A stretch of DNA of 64,000 nucleotides from Candidatus Latescibacterota bacterium (GTDB lineage Bacteria > Latescibacterota > UBA2968 > GCA-2709665): NCBI GenBank assembly GCA_963667175.2, contig CAXXXF010000018.1, forward strand, positions 224,001 through 288,000, in the 5' to 3' direction. This document shows positions 9,585 to 19,808 of this stretch, piece by piece (within the stretch, counting starts at the first letter, position 1; each line of letters begins with the position of its first letter). The notes under the pieces were generated by a model. The model was not told the origin of the DNA, made no database searches, and worked only from the letters and a program-made list of their open reading frames with translations. Position numbers and translations under genes: made by a program.

Positions 9585-10682
9585 ATGATCAACTACAGCG
9601 ACCTGGGCGTAAGACCGTTCATCAACGCCAGCGGGACGATCACGACCCTCGGCGGCAGCCTCATGCGCCCGGAAGTCCTGGACGCGATGCAGGAGGCGGC
9701 GGGGGCGTTCGTGGACCTTCCGGAACTGAACGAAAGGGCGGGGCGATACCTGGCGGAGAAAATCGGCGTTGAGGCGGCATTCGTCTCCTGTGGCGCGGCA
9801 AGCGGGATGCAGCTTTCGGCGGCGGCGTGCCTGACGGGCGCCGACGCGGAAAAGGTCCGGACGCTGCCGCATACCGAAGGCTGGCGGAACGAGTTCGTGG
9901 TCAGTCTTGTGGACTCCCATACGTACATTCATCAGGGGATCGAGATCTGCGGCGGACAGCTGGTGCGTGCGGGCAGCAGGACGGAGGTGACGGCCGGGGA
10001 CGTCCTCGGCGGCATCACCGAGCGGACAGCGGCCGTGGTCCATTTTCTTGGAATGCAAAGCAAGGCGCAGCTCGAGGAGGTGGTAGCCGGGGCGGACCGT
10101 GCCGGGGTCCCTGTACTTGTCGACGCCGCGGCGCAGCTTCCCCCGAGGACGAACCTGACGGAGATTGCGGACGTCGGCGCGAGCCTGGTGGTCTTCAGCG
10201 GAGGCAAGGGGCTGAGGGGGCCGCAGTGCACGGGCCTGGTTCTGGGAAAAAGGGAATACGTGGACGCGGCCAGGCTGAATGCCAGCCCTTTCAGCGCGGT
10301 GGGTCGTGGCATGAAGGTTGGAAAGGAAGAGATTCTCGGGCTGTTGGCGGCCGTCGATCTGTTTCTGGCGGGAACCGACGATCAGGACCGTGCTACGTGG
10401 CGCCATCAGGCGAAGCGGGTCGTGGAGACCGTGGCGGAAATACCTGGCGCCGAGGCATATGTTCTGGGAGAAGGCCAGCAGGCGGCGCCCGATTTCGCTC
10501 CCAGGGCGTACATCGATCTCCCCGAAGCTGAAACCCGCGAGGTGATTCGGGCGATGCGTGAGGGAGACCCTCCGGTGGTGGTCCGATCGAGCGGAAGCGG
10601 AATCGTTGTGGATCCGATGACGCTGGCGCCCGGCGAGGAGGAGATCGTCGGCCGTCGTCTGAAGGAGGCGCTGCGCCGATGA
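9585..10682 (+). CDS. SelA/DgaE-like PLP-dependent enzyme
   Basis: INASGTITTLGGS, VDAAA, FSGGKGLRGPQCTG and RGMKVGKEEI motifs. Confidence 0.85.
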   Translation: MINYSDLGVRPFINASGTITTLGGSLMRPEVLDAMQEAAGAFVDLPELNERAGRYLAEKIGVEAAFVSCGAASGMQLSAAACLTGADAEKVRTLPHTEGWRNEFVVSLVDSHTYIHQGIEICGGQLVRAGSRTEVTAGDVLGGITERTAAVVHFLGMQSKAQLEEVVAGADRAGVPVLVDAAAQLPPRTNLTEIADVGASLVVFSGGKGLRGPQCTGLVLGKREYVDAARLNASPFSAVGRGMKVGKEEILGLLAAVDLFLAGTDDQDRATWRHQAKRVVETVAEIPGAEAYVLGEGQQAAPDFAPRAYIDLPEAETREVIRAMREGDPPVVVRSSGSGIVVDPMTLAPGEEEIVGRRLKEALRR

Positions 10683-11515
10683 TCGACGCCCATTTGCACG
10701 TCGGACACCAGGGCAGGAGTCTCGAGGATACGATCCGGCATATCGAAGGCATCGGGGCGGAGAAAGCCGTATTCCTGCCGATCGAGACGGCCGACCGCGA
10801 ATACGAATGGCTTTCCGACACCGTCGCGGTGGCGTATGAGCGATACCCGGACAAAGTCATTCCCTTCTGCCACGTGGACGTGACACGGGAAGACGCGGTT
10901 GCGGTACTCGAACGACGCGCGCGGCTGGGGGTGTTCCGGGGGTACGGAGAACAGAAACAGCACGTGCCATTGAATCATCCCGGTCTGGAACGCGTGCTGG
11001 CCTTCTGCAACGAAATGCGCTGGCCCGTCACGTGGCATTTTCAGGAGGGGAGCCGGGGTTACAATCAGGGTATCGGACATCTGGAGCCACTGGTGCGCAA
11101 GTTCCGCGACGTCAGGTTTATCGGACACGCACAGTCCTGGTGGGCCAATATCAGCGCGGACGTGCCGCCGCCGGAGGAGACGCTATACCCGCGAGGTCCC
11201 GTGGTTCGGGGCGGTCTGGCGGACCGGCTGTTGTCCGACTACGAAAACGTGTACGCGGACCTGTCCGCCGGGTCGGGTCTGGGGGCCGTCACCCGCGACG
11301 AGGCGTTCGGCAGAGACTTTCTGATGCGCCACCGCCGCAAGTTGCTGTTCGCCACCGACTGCCCGTGTGTGGATGGACGGGGAACCGACTATCCTGCGGG
11401 GTGTTTTGCGGCGAAGAGCCTGCCGTTCCTGAGACGGATGGTGGAAGATCAGGAAGCGCTGGAGGATATCCTGCACCGGAACGCGGTGCGCGTGATCGGC
11501 TTGGAAGGGGATTAA
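10679..11515 (+). CDS. Amidohydrolase_2-family metallohydrolase
   Basis: IDAHLH, GYGE, FIGHA, VYADLSA and LLFATD motifs. ATGA overlap with the upstream gene. Confidence 0.85.
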   Translation: MIDAHLHVGHQGRSLEDTIRHIEGIGAEKAVFLPIETADREYEWLSDTVAVAYERYPDKVIPFCHVDVTREDAVAVLERRARLGVFRGYGEQKQHVPLNHPGLERVLAFCNEMRWPVTWHFQEGSRGYNQGIGHLEPLVRKFRDVRFIGHAQSWWANISADVPPPEETLYPRGPVVRGGLADRLLSDYENVYADLSAGSGLGAVTRDEAFGRDFLMRHRRKLLFATDCPCVDGRGTDYPAGCFAAKSLPFLRRMVEDQEALEDILHRNAVRVIGLEGD

Positions 11516-11521
11516 GCGATC

Positions 11522-12973
11522 ATGTCAATCGAGATAAAATCCATCGACCTGAACGTCCTGAACATGAAAGCGCGGATGCCGTTCCGATACGGGATCGCGT
11601 CTCTGGTGGCCGTACCCCATCTATTCGTCCGGGTGACCGCGGAGATTCACGGACGCCGGGAGGTGGGACTCGCGGCGGACGGGCTCCCGCCGAAGTGGTT
11701 CACGAAGAACCCCGAAGCGTCTTTCGAGGACGACCTCGACGAAATGCTGGCGGTGATCCGGCAGGCGTGCCGTCTGGCACAGTCCGCGGACGCGGCGGAA
11801 ACCGTCTATGATTTCTGGCGGGAGATCTACAACCGTCAGAAGGAATGGGCCGTATCCACACCGTACCCGCCACTGTTGTGGGGATTCGGCGTGAGCCTGG
11901 TGGAGCGGGCGCTCATCGACGCGTTCTGCAGGGCGACGGGGGCCGCGTTCGAAGGCGCCCTGCGAGAGAACGGGTTCGGCATTCGGCTCGACGATTTACA
12001 GCCCGATCTGGAGGCGGTCGAAGCCGCGGCGCTGCTGCCCGAACGCGCAAGCAGGTCGATTCTGGCGCGCCACACCGTGGGGTTGACCGACCCCCTGACG
12101 GACGCGGACGTCCCGGCGGACGAACGTGTGGAAGACGGCCTGCCCCAATCCCTCGAAGCCAGTATTCAGGCGTACGGCCTGACCCACCTGAAGATCAAGT
12201 TGTGCGGCGATGCGGGCCGGGACGCGGACAGGCTGAAGCAGATCGCCGGACTGATGGACCGACGTTCCGCGTCTGACTATGCATTTACGCTCGACGGGAA
12301 CGAGCAATATTCTGAAATCGATCCGTTCCGCGCGCTGTGGGAATCGGTTGTGGCGGATCCGTCGCTCGACCGGTTCATGGAGCGGTTGTTATTCGTGGAG
12401 CAGCCCTTGAGTCGCGACGTCGCTCTCGGGGAGGCCGCGGGCGGCGCACTGCGGGAATGGACCGGTCGTCCGCCCATGATCATCGATGAGTCAGACGGGA
12501 CGCTGACCAGCGCCGCGGAGGCGCTGGAACTGGGATACGCGGGAACCAGCCACAAGAACTGCAAAGGGGTCTTCAAAGGCGTTGCCAGCGCCTGTCTGAT
12601 CGCAGACAGACGAAAGAACGACCCCGGTCGGACGTATATCCTCAGCAGCGAGGATCTGGGCAACGTCGGCCCTGTTGCGCTGCTGCAGGACCTGGCGGTG
12701 GCCGCAAGTCTTGGCGTGGAACATACCGAGCGCAACGGCCACCACTATTTCACGGGTTTGAGCATGGTTCCCCAGGACGTGCAGGCCCAGGTTCTCCAGC
12801 ATCATGGCCCGCTCTACCGCAGGCACGAAGCGGGATTTCCGACCCTGGACGTGCAGCATGGCCGCCTGCGAATCGGCAGCGTCGTCGATGCGCCCTTCGG
12901 GTACGGGTTCGACCTGGACACCTCGAGATTCACCCCGCTGGAAGACTGGTCGCCGGCATCTCTGGACCTTTGA
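11522..12973 (+). CDS. Enolase-superfamily-like uncharacterised protein
   Basis: RMPFRYG, KIK, LDGNEQY, FVEQPL, IIDES and SHKNCKG resemble enolase/mandelate-racemase metal ligands. Confidence 0.7.
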   Translation: MSIEIKSIDLNVLNMKARMPFRYGIASLVAVPHLFVRVTAEIHGRREVGLAADGLPPKWFTKNPEASFEDDLDEMLAVIRQACRLAQSADAAETVYDFWREIYNRQKEWAVSTPYPPLLWGFGVSLVERALIDAFCRATGAAFEGALRENGFGIRLDDLQPDLEAVEAAALLPERASRSILARHTVGLTDPLTDADVPADERVEDGLPQSLEASIQAYGLTHLKIKLCGDAGRDADRLKQIAGLMDRRSASDYAFTLDGNEQYSEIDPFRALWESVVADPSLDRFMERLLFVEQPLSRDVALGEAAGGALREWTGRPPMIIDESDGTLTSAAEALELGYAGTSHKNCKGVFKGVASACLIADRRKNDPGRTYILSSEDLGNVGPVALLQDLAVAASLGVEHTERNGHHYFTGLSMVPQDVQAQVLQHHGPLYRRHEAGFPTLDVQHGRLRIGSVVDAPFGYGFDLDTSRFTPLEDWSPASLDL

Positions 12974-13058
12974 GGATGCTGGGCCCGGAACCGACGCGCG
13001 CACAGTCGCCGATCCGGAACCCGACTGAGAGCGACCGCCCGTTTCCAGGGAGACAGGT

Positions 13059-14411
13059 TTGAATCCGATCGACTGGAAGGCGGTCCGTGAGGAGGTGACG
13101 GGATACCTGCGGGACCTGATCCGCCTGGACACGACCAATCCGCCTGGAAACGAGATTCTGGCCGCGGAGTACCTCGCCGGCGTGTTGCGGCGCGAGGGTC
13201 TGGTTCCACGGGTGACCGAGTCGCAGCCGGGGCGCGGGAACGTCACGGCCCGGCTGGCCGGCGGCGGCGGGCCGCTCGTGCTGCTGGGGCATACGGACGT
13301 CGTGGCGGTCGAACCCGACCGATGGCGGCATCCGCCGTTCGACGGACAGTTGCGCGACGGATACGTCTGGGGGCGCGGCGCGCTGGATATGAAGAATATG
13401 GTCGCCGCCGAGCTGATGGTGTTTCTGTTGTTGAAACGCCGCCGGACCGATTTGAAGCGGGACGTCATCTTCGCGGCCACCGCGGATGAAGAGGCGGGAA
13501 AGGGAGACCATGGCGTCGGGTGGCTGCTGGACAACCACCCGGAACAGGTGGACGCGCCCTTTGTGCTGACGGAAGGCGGCGGCGCGGAATTCCGGGTGGG
13601 CGATGCCCGGTTCTATACCTGCCAGACCGGGCAGAAGGGGATCTGCAGATTCCGGATGGTGGCCCGCGGCGAGCCCGGCCACGGTTCAAGGCCGCACCCG
13701 CAAAACGCCGCGGTGAGGCTGTCGGAAGCGGTATCCGCCCTTGGACGGACCGTATTGCCGATGCATCCGTCCCGAACCGTCAGGGCGTTTCTCGACAGTA
13801 TAGCCGGGACGCAGGATGCCCTCACCGCGGACCGGCTGCGTCGCGTCCTGGAACCCGAACACAGCGAAACTGCGCTCGAATCGCTGCCGCTTGCGCCCGA
13901 GATCACGGCGAACCTTCGCGCGTCGTTGAGAAACACGGCTTCCGTGACCATGCTGCAGGCGGGGCAGAAGATCAACGTCATTCCCGCGGAGGCTTCCGCA
14001 TGGGTGGACGGCAGGCTTGCGCCGGGACAGACGGATGACACCTTCTTCGAGGAGATCCGGCCGCTGGTCGGAGACGACGTCCGATTCGAAGTGGACCAGT
14101 ACAGCCCGCCTCTGGAGGCCGGGATCGACTCGCCGTTGTACCGGACGATCGTGGGCGTGATGGCGGATCACGATCCGGGCGCACGCGTTGTGCCGTCGCA
14201 ATCCACGGGCGGTACGGATGCCAAACACATCTGTCCGCGAAGGCCGGCAACGCAGGTATACGGGTTTATGCCCTACAGGGGAGCCCCCGGTGAAGAGGAA
14301 TGGCAGCTGATCCACGGGCATGACGAACGCACCTCGGTGGAAAACCTGTTGTTCGCCACGCGTGTGCTGTACGATATCGTGCATCGTTTTTGCGCTGAAC
14401 GCGCCCCGTAA
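13059..14411 (+). CDS. M20/M25/M40 family metallopeptidase/deacylase
   Basis: GHTDVV, WGRGALDMK, ADEEAG, GGTD and IHGHDER motifs. Confidence 0.92.
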   Translation: MNPIDWKAVREEVTGYLRDLIRLDTTNPPGNEILAAEYLAGVLRREGLVPRVTESQPGRGNVTARLAGGGGPLVLLGHTDVVAVEPDRWRHPPFDGQLRDGYVWGRGALDMKNMVAAELMVFLLLKRRRTDLKRDVIFAATADEEAGKGDHGVGWLLDNHPEQVDAPFVLTEGGGAEFRVGDARFYTCQTGQKGICRFRMVARGEPGHGSRPHPQNAAVRLSEAVSALGRTVLPMHPSRTVRAFLDSIAGTQDALTADRLRRVLEPEHSETALESLPLAPEITANLRASLRNTASVTMLQAGQKINVIPAEASAWVDGRLAPGQTDDTFFEEIRPLVGDDVRFEVDQYSPPLEAGIDSPLYRTIVGVMADHDPGARVVPSQSTGGTDAKHICPRRPATQVYGFMPYRGAPGEEEWQLIHGHDERTSVENLLFATRVLYDIVHRFCAERAP

Positions 14412-14439
14412 TCGCCGGTAACCGGCCGGAGGGAACTTG

Positions 14440-15414
14440 ATGCGGGTCCTGGTAACGGACTATGCGTGGGCGGACCTCACCGTGGAACAGAGGGTCCTGG
14501 ATGAGATCGGGGTCGACCTCGTGGCCGCGCCGGATGGCAACGAAGAGACGCTGGCGCGGCTGGCGGTCGGCGTCAGCGGCATCATGACCTGTTGGGCCAT
14601 GACCACGCGGGACGTCATTCGGGCCGCGCTGCCGGACCTGAAGGTGGTGACGCGTTACGGTGTGGGCCTGGACAACATAGACGTGGCGTACGCGACCGCA
14701 CACGGGATCCCTGTGGCGTACGTGCCGGACTATTGCATGGCGGACGTGGCGGAACACGCGATGGCGCTGCTGCTGGCGCTTTCGCGAAAGGTGGCGGGGT
14801 TCGACCGGTCCGTACGCGGCGGCACGTGGGATATCCAGGCCTGTGTGCCGCTGAATCGCCTGACCGGACGGACGCTGGGACTGATCGGCTTCGGGCGGAT
14901 TGCACGGGAGGTTGCGTGCCGCGCGTCGGCTTTCGGTCTGCGCCTGCTCGCGACGGCCCCGTCGATGACGCCCGGGTCCACCTTGGCGGGGGGCGTCGCG
15001 GCTGTGACGCTGGATGAATTGTTGCGGACGTCGGATTATGTCTCGATTCACTGTCCATCCACGGACGCGACGCGGGGACTCATCGACGCGGGCGCCCTGC
15101 GAAAGATGAAACCCACGGCCTGCCTGATCAATACGTCGCGGGGCGATATTGTGGATGAGATCGCACTGGCCGATGCGCTCGAGGCAGGCGAAATCGCGGG
15201 GGCCGCCCTCGACGTCCGTGTAGAAGAGCCGCCGGGCGCCGGCGACCGGCTGATCGGGATGCCCCAGGTGATCCATACGCCCCATGCGGCCTTTTATTCG
15301 GCGGAATCGCTGATCGAATTGAGGGAACGCGCCGCGATGGAGACCCGCAGGGTCCTGCAGGGTGAGGATCCGGAGAACCTGGTGAATCCGGAGTACCGTC
15401 GGGCACACGGCTGA
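14440..15414 (+). CDS. CtBP-like 2-hydroxyacid dehydrogenase
   Basis: RYGVGLDNID, VPDYC, GLIGFGRIA, INTSRG and TPHAAFYS motifs. Confidence 0.9.
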   Translation: MRVLVTDYAWADLTVEQRVLDEIGVDLVAAPDGNEETLARLAVGVSGIMTCWAMTTRDVIRAALPDLKVVTRYGVGLDNIDVAYATAHGIPVAYVPDYCMADVAEHAMALLLALSRKVAGFDRSVRGGTWDIQACVPLNRLTGRTLGLIGFGRIAREVACRASAFGLRLLATAPSMTPGSTLAGGVAAVTLDELLRTSDYVSIHCPSTDATRGLIDAGALRKMKPTACLINTSRGDIVDEIALADALEAGEIAGAALDVRVEEPPGAGDRLIGMPQVIHTPHAAFYSAESLIELRERAAMETRRVLQGEDPENLVNPEYRRAHG

Positions 15415-15520
15415 CGTCATTGTCGTTGCAGAGTCCATTTCCCTTGCGGATCTGGAACGAACGCATCGCAAACGTGGTTGTGTCGACGGGTTGGGTGCGG
15501 ATTGCATTGCGGGAGTCGTG

Positions 15521-16888
15521 ATGTCCGAGAAGCCGAACATACTGGTACTGATGTGCGATCAGTTGCGACGCGACGCGTTGTCGGTTCACGGCGACGTGAA
15601 CCTGCACACGACGAATATCGATGCGCTGGCGACACGGGGCGTGAGATTCACGAACGCCTGTTCAACCTATCCGATCTGCGTGCCCTTTCGCTTTACGTTC
15701 ATGACCGGCGAGTATGCGCACACCCGAAAGGTGCCCGGCATCGAGTACCGGATGTCGCCCACCGAATACACGCTGGCCGACGCGTTCAACGAGGCAGGGT
15801 ACGAAACGGTCTACGTGGGAAAGTGGCACCTGGACGGCGGTCACGGGAGAATGGGTTCGGCGCTTGAATGCGGGCGTACGCCGGTGCCCCGGGCGTACCA
15901 GGGACGCTGGGAGAAGTGGTTCGGATTTGAACTCAGAAATGCCCCTTTCGACACCTATTATTTCGAGGACGACGATCCGGCGCCAAGACCCATCCGCGGC
16001 TACCAGACCGACGGGCTGTACGATATCGGGATGAACTACCTCGCCGGGGAACGGGATACCTCCCGACCGTTCTGTATGGTCATTTCCGTGGAGCCCCCGC
16101 ATGATCCGTTCGAAGCGCCAGCCGACGTCCAGGCGGCGTGGGAGAGCAGGGAGATCGAACTGCCGCCCAATTTCAAAGTGACCGACGAGACGCGGCGCGA
16201 GGCATTCGTGCTGGATCGGAAGCGATATTACGCAATGGTGGAGAATCTCGACGCCAACGTAAAGCGGATGATGGACTTTCTACAGGCGCAGGGTCTGGCC
16301 GAGAACACCGTCGTCCTGTTCGTGTCGGACCACGGCGAACTGGGCGGCAGCCACGAACTGAAGGGGAAGCAGTGGCCTTACGAGGAATCCGTGGGAATTC
16401 CGGCGATTGTCTACGACCCCCGTTTCCCCGGCCGGGCGGGTGCGGCAATCGAAGATCCCGTCTGCACGGAGGATTTCTTTCCCACGCTGCTGGGGCTCGC
16501 GGGACTGACCCCCGGCGACCATCTGATGGGAACGGACCTGTCGCCGTTGATTCACGGTGAAATCGACTCGCTGGACCGGGAAGGCGTTCTGCTGGAATTC
16601 GTGGCCGAACTCCGCAAGGGGATGGCGTTCAACCGGTGGGTGTGGCGCGGGTTTCGGAGCGCGCGATACAAATATACCGTCCGGGGAGACAAGATGGGCG
16701 CGGGCGCCTGGCAGTTCTTCGATCTGCATGCCGATCCGTACGAACGCCGGAACCTGATCGATCACCCTGACTTCCAGGACGAAATCGCACGGCGCCACCG
16801 ACTCCTGAGGGAACGCCTTGTTGAAACCGGCGACCACTTCGTGTTGCTGCCCGCGTTTGGATGCGACGGCGTAAACCTGTGGCAGTAG
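15521..16888 (+). CDS. Cys-type (formylglycine) sulfatase
   Basis: PNILVLMCDQ, CVPFR (CxPxR), GKWHL and SDHG motifs. Confidence 0.92.
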   Translation: MSEKPNILVLMCDQLRRDALSVHGDVNLHTTNIDALATRGVRFTNACSTYPICVPFRFTFMTGEYAHTRKVPGIEYRMSPTEYTLADAFNEAGYETVYVGKWHLDGGHGRMGSALECGRTPVPRAYQGRWEKWFGFELRNAPFDTYYFEDDDPAPRPIRGYQTDGLYDIGMNYLAGERDTSRPFCMVISVEPPHDPFEAPADVQAAWESREIELPPNFKVTDETRREAFVLDRKRYYAMVENLDANVKRMMDFLQAQGLAENTVVLFVSDHGELGGSHELKGKQWPYEESVGIPAIVYDPRFPGRAGAAIEDPVCTEDFFPTLLGLAGLTPGDHLMGTDLSPLIHGEIDSLDREGVLLEFVAELRKGMAFNRWVWRGFRSARYKYTVRGDKMGAGAWQFFDLHADPYERRNLIDHPDFQDEIARRHRLLRERLVETGDHFVLLPAFGCDGVNLWQ

Positions 16889-16904
16889 GGTCCTGCTGGA
16901 TGCA

Positions 16905-17945
16905 TTATCCGCCCTGAAACCAGGCGCGGAAGGAGGGTTCGAAAGGGGGTTTCGCCACGCCCTTCTCCGTAACGATTGCCGAGACGAGCCGCTCCGGCGT
17001 GACGTCGAAGGCCGGATTGTAGACGTTCACGCCGCCCGGGGCGGTCTGCCTGCCCATGCCCCGTGTAATTTCCTCAGGGCCGCGTTCTTCGATGGGAATT
17101 TCCGCACCGTGGGCGAGAGACATGTCGATTGTGGATAGTGGAGCGGCGACGTAAAAGGGAACGTCGTGTTCCCTTGCCAGGATGGCCAATCCGTAGGTGC
17201 CGATTTTGTTGGCCACGTCGCCGTTGGCGGCAATGCGGTCGGCGCCTACGATGACGCTGTCGATATTCTTCTGCCGCAAAACCGATGCCGCCATGCTGTC
17301 GCAGATCACTGTGACGTCGACGCCGCTTTGACCGAGTTCCCAGGCCGTTAGCCGCGAACCCTGCAGCAGGGGGCGGGTTTCATCGGCGAAGACGGCGATC
17401 TGTTTCCCGGCTTCGACGGCTGCATAGACCACGGCCAGCGCCGTACCGTAATCCGCGGTGGCCAGGGCGCCGGCGTTGCAGTGGGTGAGCACGGTGGCGT
17501 CGTGCCCGAGCAGTTCGGCCCCGTTCCTGCCGATCTGCCTGCATACTCTCCGGTCTTCCTCGAAGATTTCGTGCGCTTCCTCCAGCAACCGGTCCCGAAT
17601 CTCCGCGGGATCCTGTTCGGCAACTTCGCTCAGTCGGCTGCTCATCCGGTCCAGCGCCCAGAAGAGGTTCACCGCCGTGGGCCGGGTGCGAGAGAGTCTC
17701 GATATCGCCATTCTTGTCCCGGAGACGATATCGCCTCCTGTGGCCAGGGCTTCCCGCGCGCCGATGACGACGCCATACGCCGCGGCCACGCCGATGGCGG
17801 GAGCGCCCCGGACCCGAAGGCTCTCAATGGCTTCGGCAACGGTTTCCACGTCTCCGCAGTCGATCCGAACGTATCGTTCAGGCAGAAAGGTCTGATCGAT
17901 CAGCCGAAGGGAGTCGCTTTCCCAGGTGATGGTTGGTACAGGCAT
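16905..17945 (-). CDS. mtnA: Methylthioribose-1-phosphate isomerase
   Basis: VRGAPAIG, RPTAVNL, THCNAGALAT, ETRPLLQG, ANKIGT and NPAFDVTP motifs. Confidence 0.96.
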   Translation of the reverse strand: MPVPTITWESDSLRLIDQTFLPERYVRIDCGDVETVAEAIESLRVRGAPAIGVAAAYGVVIGAREALATGGDIVSGTRMAISRLSRTRPTAVNLFWALDRMSSRLSEVAEQDPAEIRDRLLEEAHEIFEEDRRVCRQIGRNGAELLGHDATVLTHCNAGALATADYGTALAVVYAAVEAGKQIAVFADETRPLLQGSRLTAWELGQSGVDVTVICDSMAASVLRQKNIDSVIVGADRIAANGDVANKIGTYGLAILAREHDVPFYVAAPLSTIDMSLAHGAEIPIEERGPEEITRGMGRQTAPGGVNVYNPAFDVTPERLVSAIVTEKGVAKPPFEPSFRAWFQGG

Positions 17946-18007
17946 CGGTCGGATCCGTTCGTTCGATCCGGTGGTTAACGGCCCGGATGGACTTTATCAA
18001 CGGACTG

Positions 18008-18397
18008 CTAAGATTGTTCCGGAGAGGATGCCTCAGCGAGTGCGGGATCTTCTTCAATCCGTTCGGACGGGGCGTCGCCCCAGAGGCGCTCGAGGCGGTA
18101 GAACGCGCGTGCCCTGGGCTGGAAGACGTGTACGACCACGTCGATATAGTCGAACAGAACCCAGGTGCGTGATTCCTGACCCTCGATATGCCAGGGTCGA
18201 TGGCCCGCCGCTTTCGTTCCTTCCTGCAACGCGTCTGCCAGGGCTCTAACGTGTACGTCGGAATTGCCCGTGCAGATGAGAAAGTAGTCCGCGACGTCGG
18301 AGACCGTGCGCAGATCGATCAGGAGAAGGTCTTCGCCCTTCCGGGACTGAAGGCATTCGATGCAGAGATCCAGGACTTCGCGTATCTGATCGGACAA
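18008..18397 (-). CDS. rsfS: Ribosome silencing factor
   Basis: DYFLICTG, WVLFDYIDVVVHVF and FYRLERLW motifs. Confidence 0.93.
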   Translation of the reverse strand: MSDQIREVLDLCIECLQSRKGEDLLLIDLRTVSDVADYFLICTGNSDVHVRALADALQEGTKAAGHRPWHIEGQESRTWVLFDYIDVVVHVFQPRARAFYRLERLWGDAPSERIEEDPALAEASSPEQS

Positions 18398-18439
18398 GGC
18401 GGTTCCGTTCCGAGACGGGGTTGATTGAAGGGCTTATCT

Positions 18440-18970
18440 TCAATGGATGGGTCGCTGCGGACCCGGTCGCTGCCGATCGGGGGGGAAGAAGCGCAGGCGG
18501 TCGTAATCCCTGCCGATGATGACCGCGACCTGCTCGATGCGATATGGGTCGTGGACGATTTGCTGAATATGCGTGCGCAGTCCCATTGCGCTTGCCACCC
18601 TGCGTGCGTTTTCAAGGTTGCCCGTCCTGTCGATGACCATGGTTTCGGGATAATTGAAGCTATCCGCATTCTTCCACGTCATCACGTCGAAGCCCGCTCC
18701 CCTCAGATAACGCCCCACCTTTTCCGCGACGCCGGAAACGCCGCATCCGTTGAGTACCTCGATGCGGATTCGCCGCATCGAATCCGGACCTACTTTTGCA
18801 ACAGGCTCCGGTTTCGGTACGGCGAGCGTTTCCGGCGCCGGCGCCGCGGGGGGTTCAGGCATTGGATCGACGGAAGGGGGCTCCGGCGGCAGCCGTCGCC
18901 GGACGTCCAGGACGGCGATCGCTGCAAAGGTCAAAACCGCCAGAGCGGTCAGGACGATTTTTCGTGACAT
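18440..18970 (-). CDS. LytR C-terminal domain protein
   Basis: N-terminal TM segment, Pro-rich linker, IEVLNGCGVSG and VIIGRDY. Confidence 0.85.
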   Translation of the reverse strand: MSRKIVLTALAVLTFAAIAVLDVRRRLPPEPPSVDPMPEPPAAPAPETLAVPKPEPVAKVGPDSMRRIRIEVLNGCGVSGVAEKVGRYLRGAGFDVMTWKNADSFNYPETMVIDRTGNLENARRVASAMGLRTHIQQIVHDPYRIEQVAVIIGRDYDRLRFFPPDRQRPGPQRPIH

Positions 18971-19049
18971 CTGCTATGCCGGAAAAGCGGAACGGGACAC
19001 TGTCCGGACCAAGTGTCCCGCATATATGGAAGTTACATGGAGGCGAACA

Positions 19050-19526
19050 TCAATATCGATATCGGCTTCTATGTCTATAATAGGGCGAGTTGCTCAGCTG
19101 AATTTCGATTTGAATGTTCTCCCTGGGCTGGTAGAACATGCCTACGTACGGAATGACAAGCTTCGTGCTGTTGCCCAGTGCGGATCCGAACGCGGAATTC
19201 CCTTGGAGAACGTGTTCGAGGCCGACCTGTGCCTCGATCAACAGGGGCTTTGTTGTATTTGCGCGGTAACTGATGGTATTCAGATAGTATTGGCTTGCGC
19301 CGCCAAAGGCGCCGGAACGGAAGTTGAATCCGACCGTGTTCCTGAACGAAAGCCGACCGGACTCGAACAGGCCCTTGAATTTCTCGCCCAGTCCGAGGGG
19401 TTCAGGCGAAAAGTCGATTGTCTTCAGGTTGGGGGATTTCGCCGGCTGAGGTTGAGACTGCTGTTCAGCCGACGCCGAAGAGACCGCAAGGAACAGGGTC
19501 GCCAGCAAATACGTAACCATTCTCAT
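19050..19526 (-). CDS. Hypothetical secreted/outer-membrane protein
   Basis: Signal peptide (ASA cleavage) and RBS GGAGG; beta-rich C-terminus YQPRENIQIEIQ. Confidence 0.6.
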   Translation of the reverse strand: MRMVTYLLATLFLAVSSASAEQQSQPQPAKSPNLKTIDFSPEPLGLGEKFKGLFESGRLSFRNTVGFNFRSGAFGGASQYYLNTISYRANTTKPLLIEAQVGLEHVLQGNSAFGSALGNSTKLVIPYVGMFYQPRENIQIEIQLSNSPYYRHRSRYRY

Positions 19527-19808
19527 CGGTTCGTCCTCCTGCATTCCCGGCCTGTAAGTTCGTATTCCATTACTGTGACAGAGAATACGACAATGAAACT
19601 CGTTTGTCAAGCCCTATAGGCATCATTCGGCACGCCACACATTGGACGTTCGAGCGGCGGATTTCGTTCCATAATCCATCCGCCGGCGCCGTGGCGCCGA
19701 TGAATGGCCGTGTTTTCGAACTGCCGCCTGCCGCTTGAAGATCCGCGGGGCCGCCCTGCGGAACGATTCGCCGGAATGACGTCGGGCGGGTCGATTATCA
19801 ACGGTCTC

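Noticed and set aside
9585-10682. True selenocysteine synthase selA
   Set aside because: Shorter DgaE-like form in a catabolic context, with no selB/selC/selD nearby.
19620-19800. Structured RNA downstream of carA
   Set aside because: Only short GC-rich palindromes such as GGCGCCGTGGCGCC; no recognisable family.
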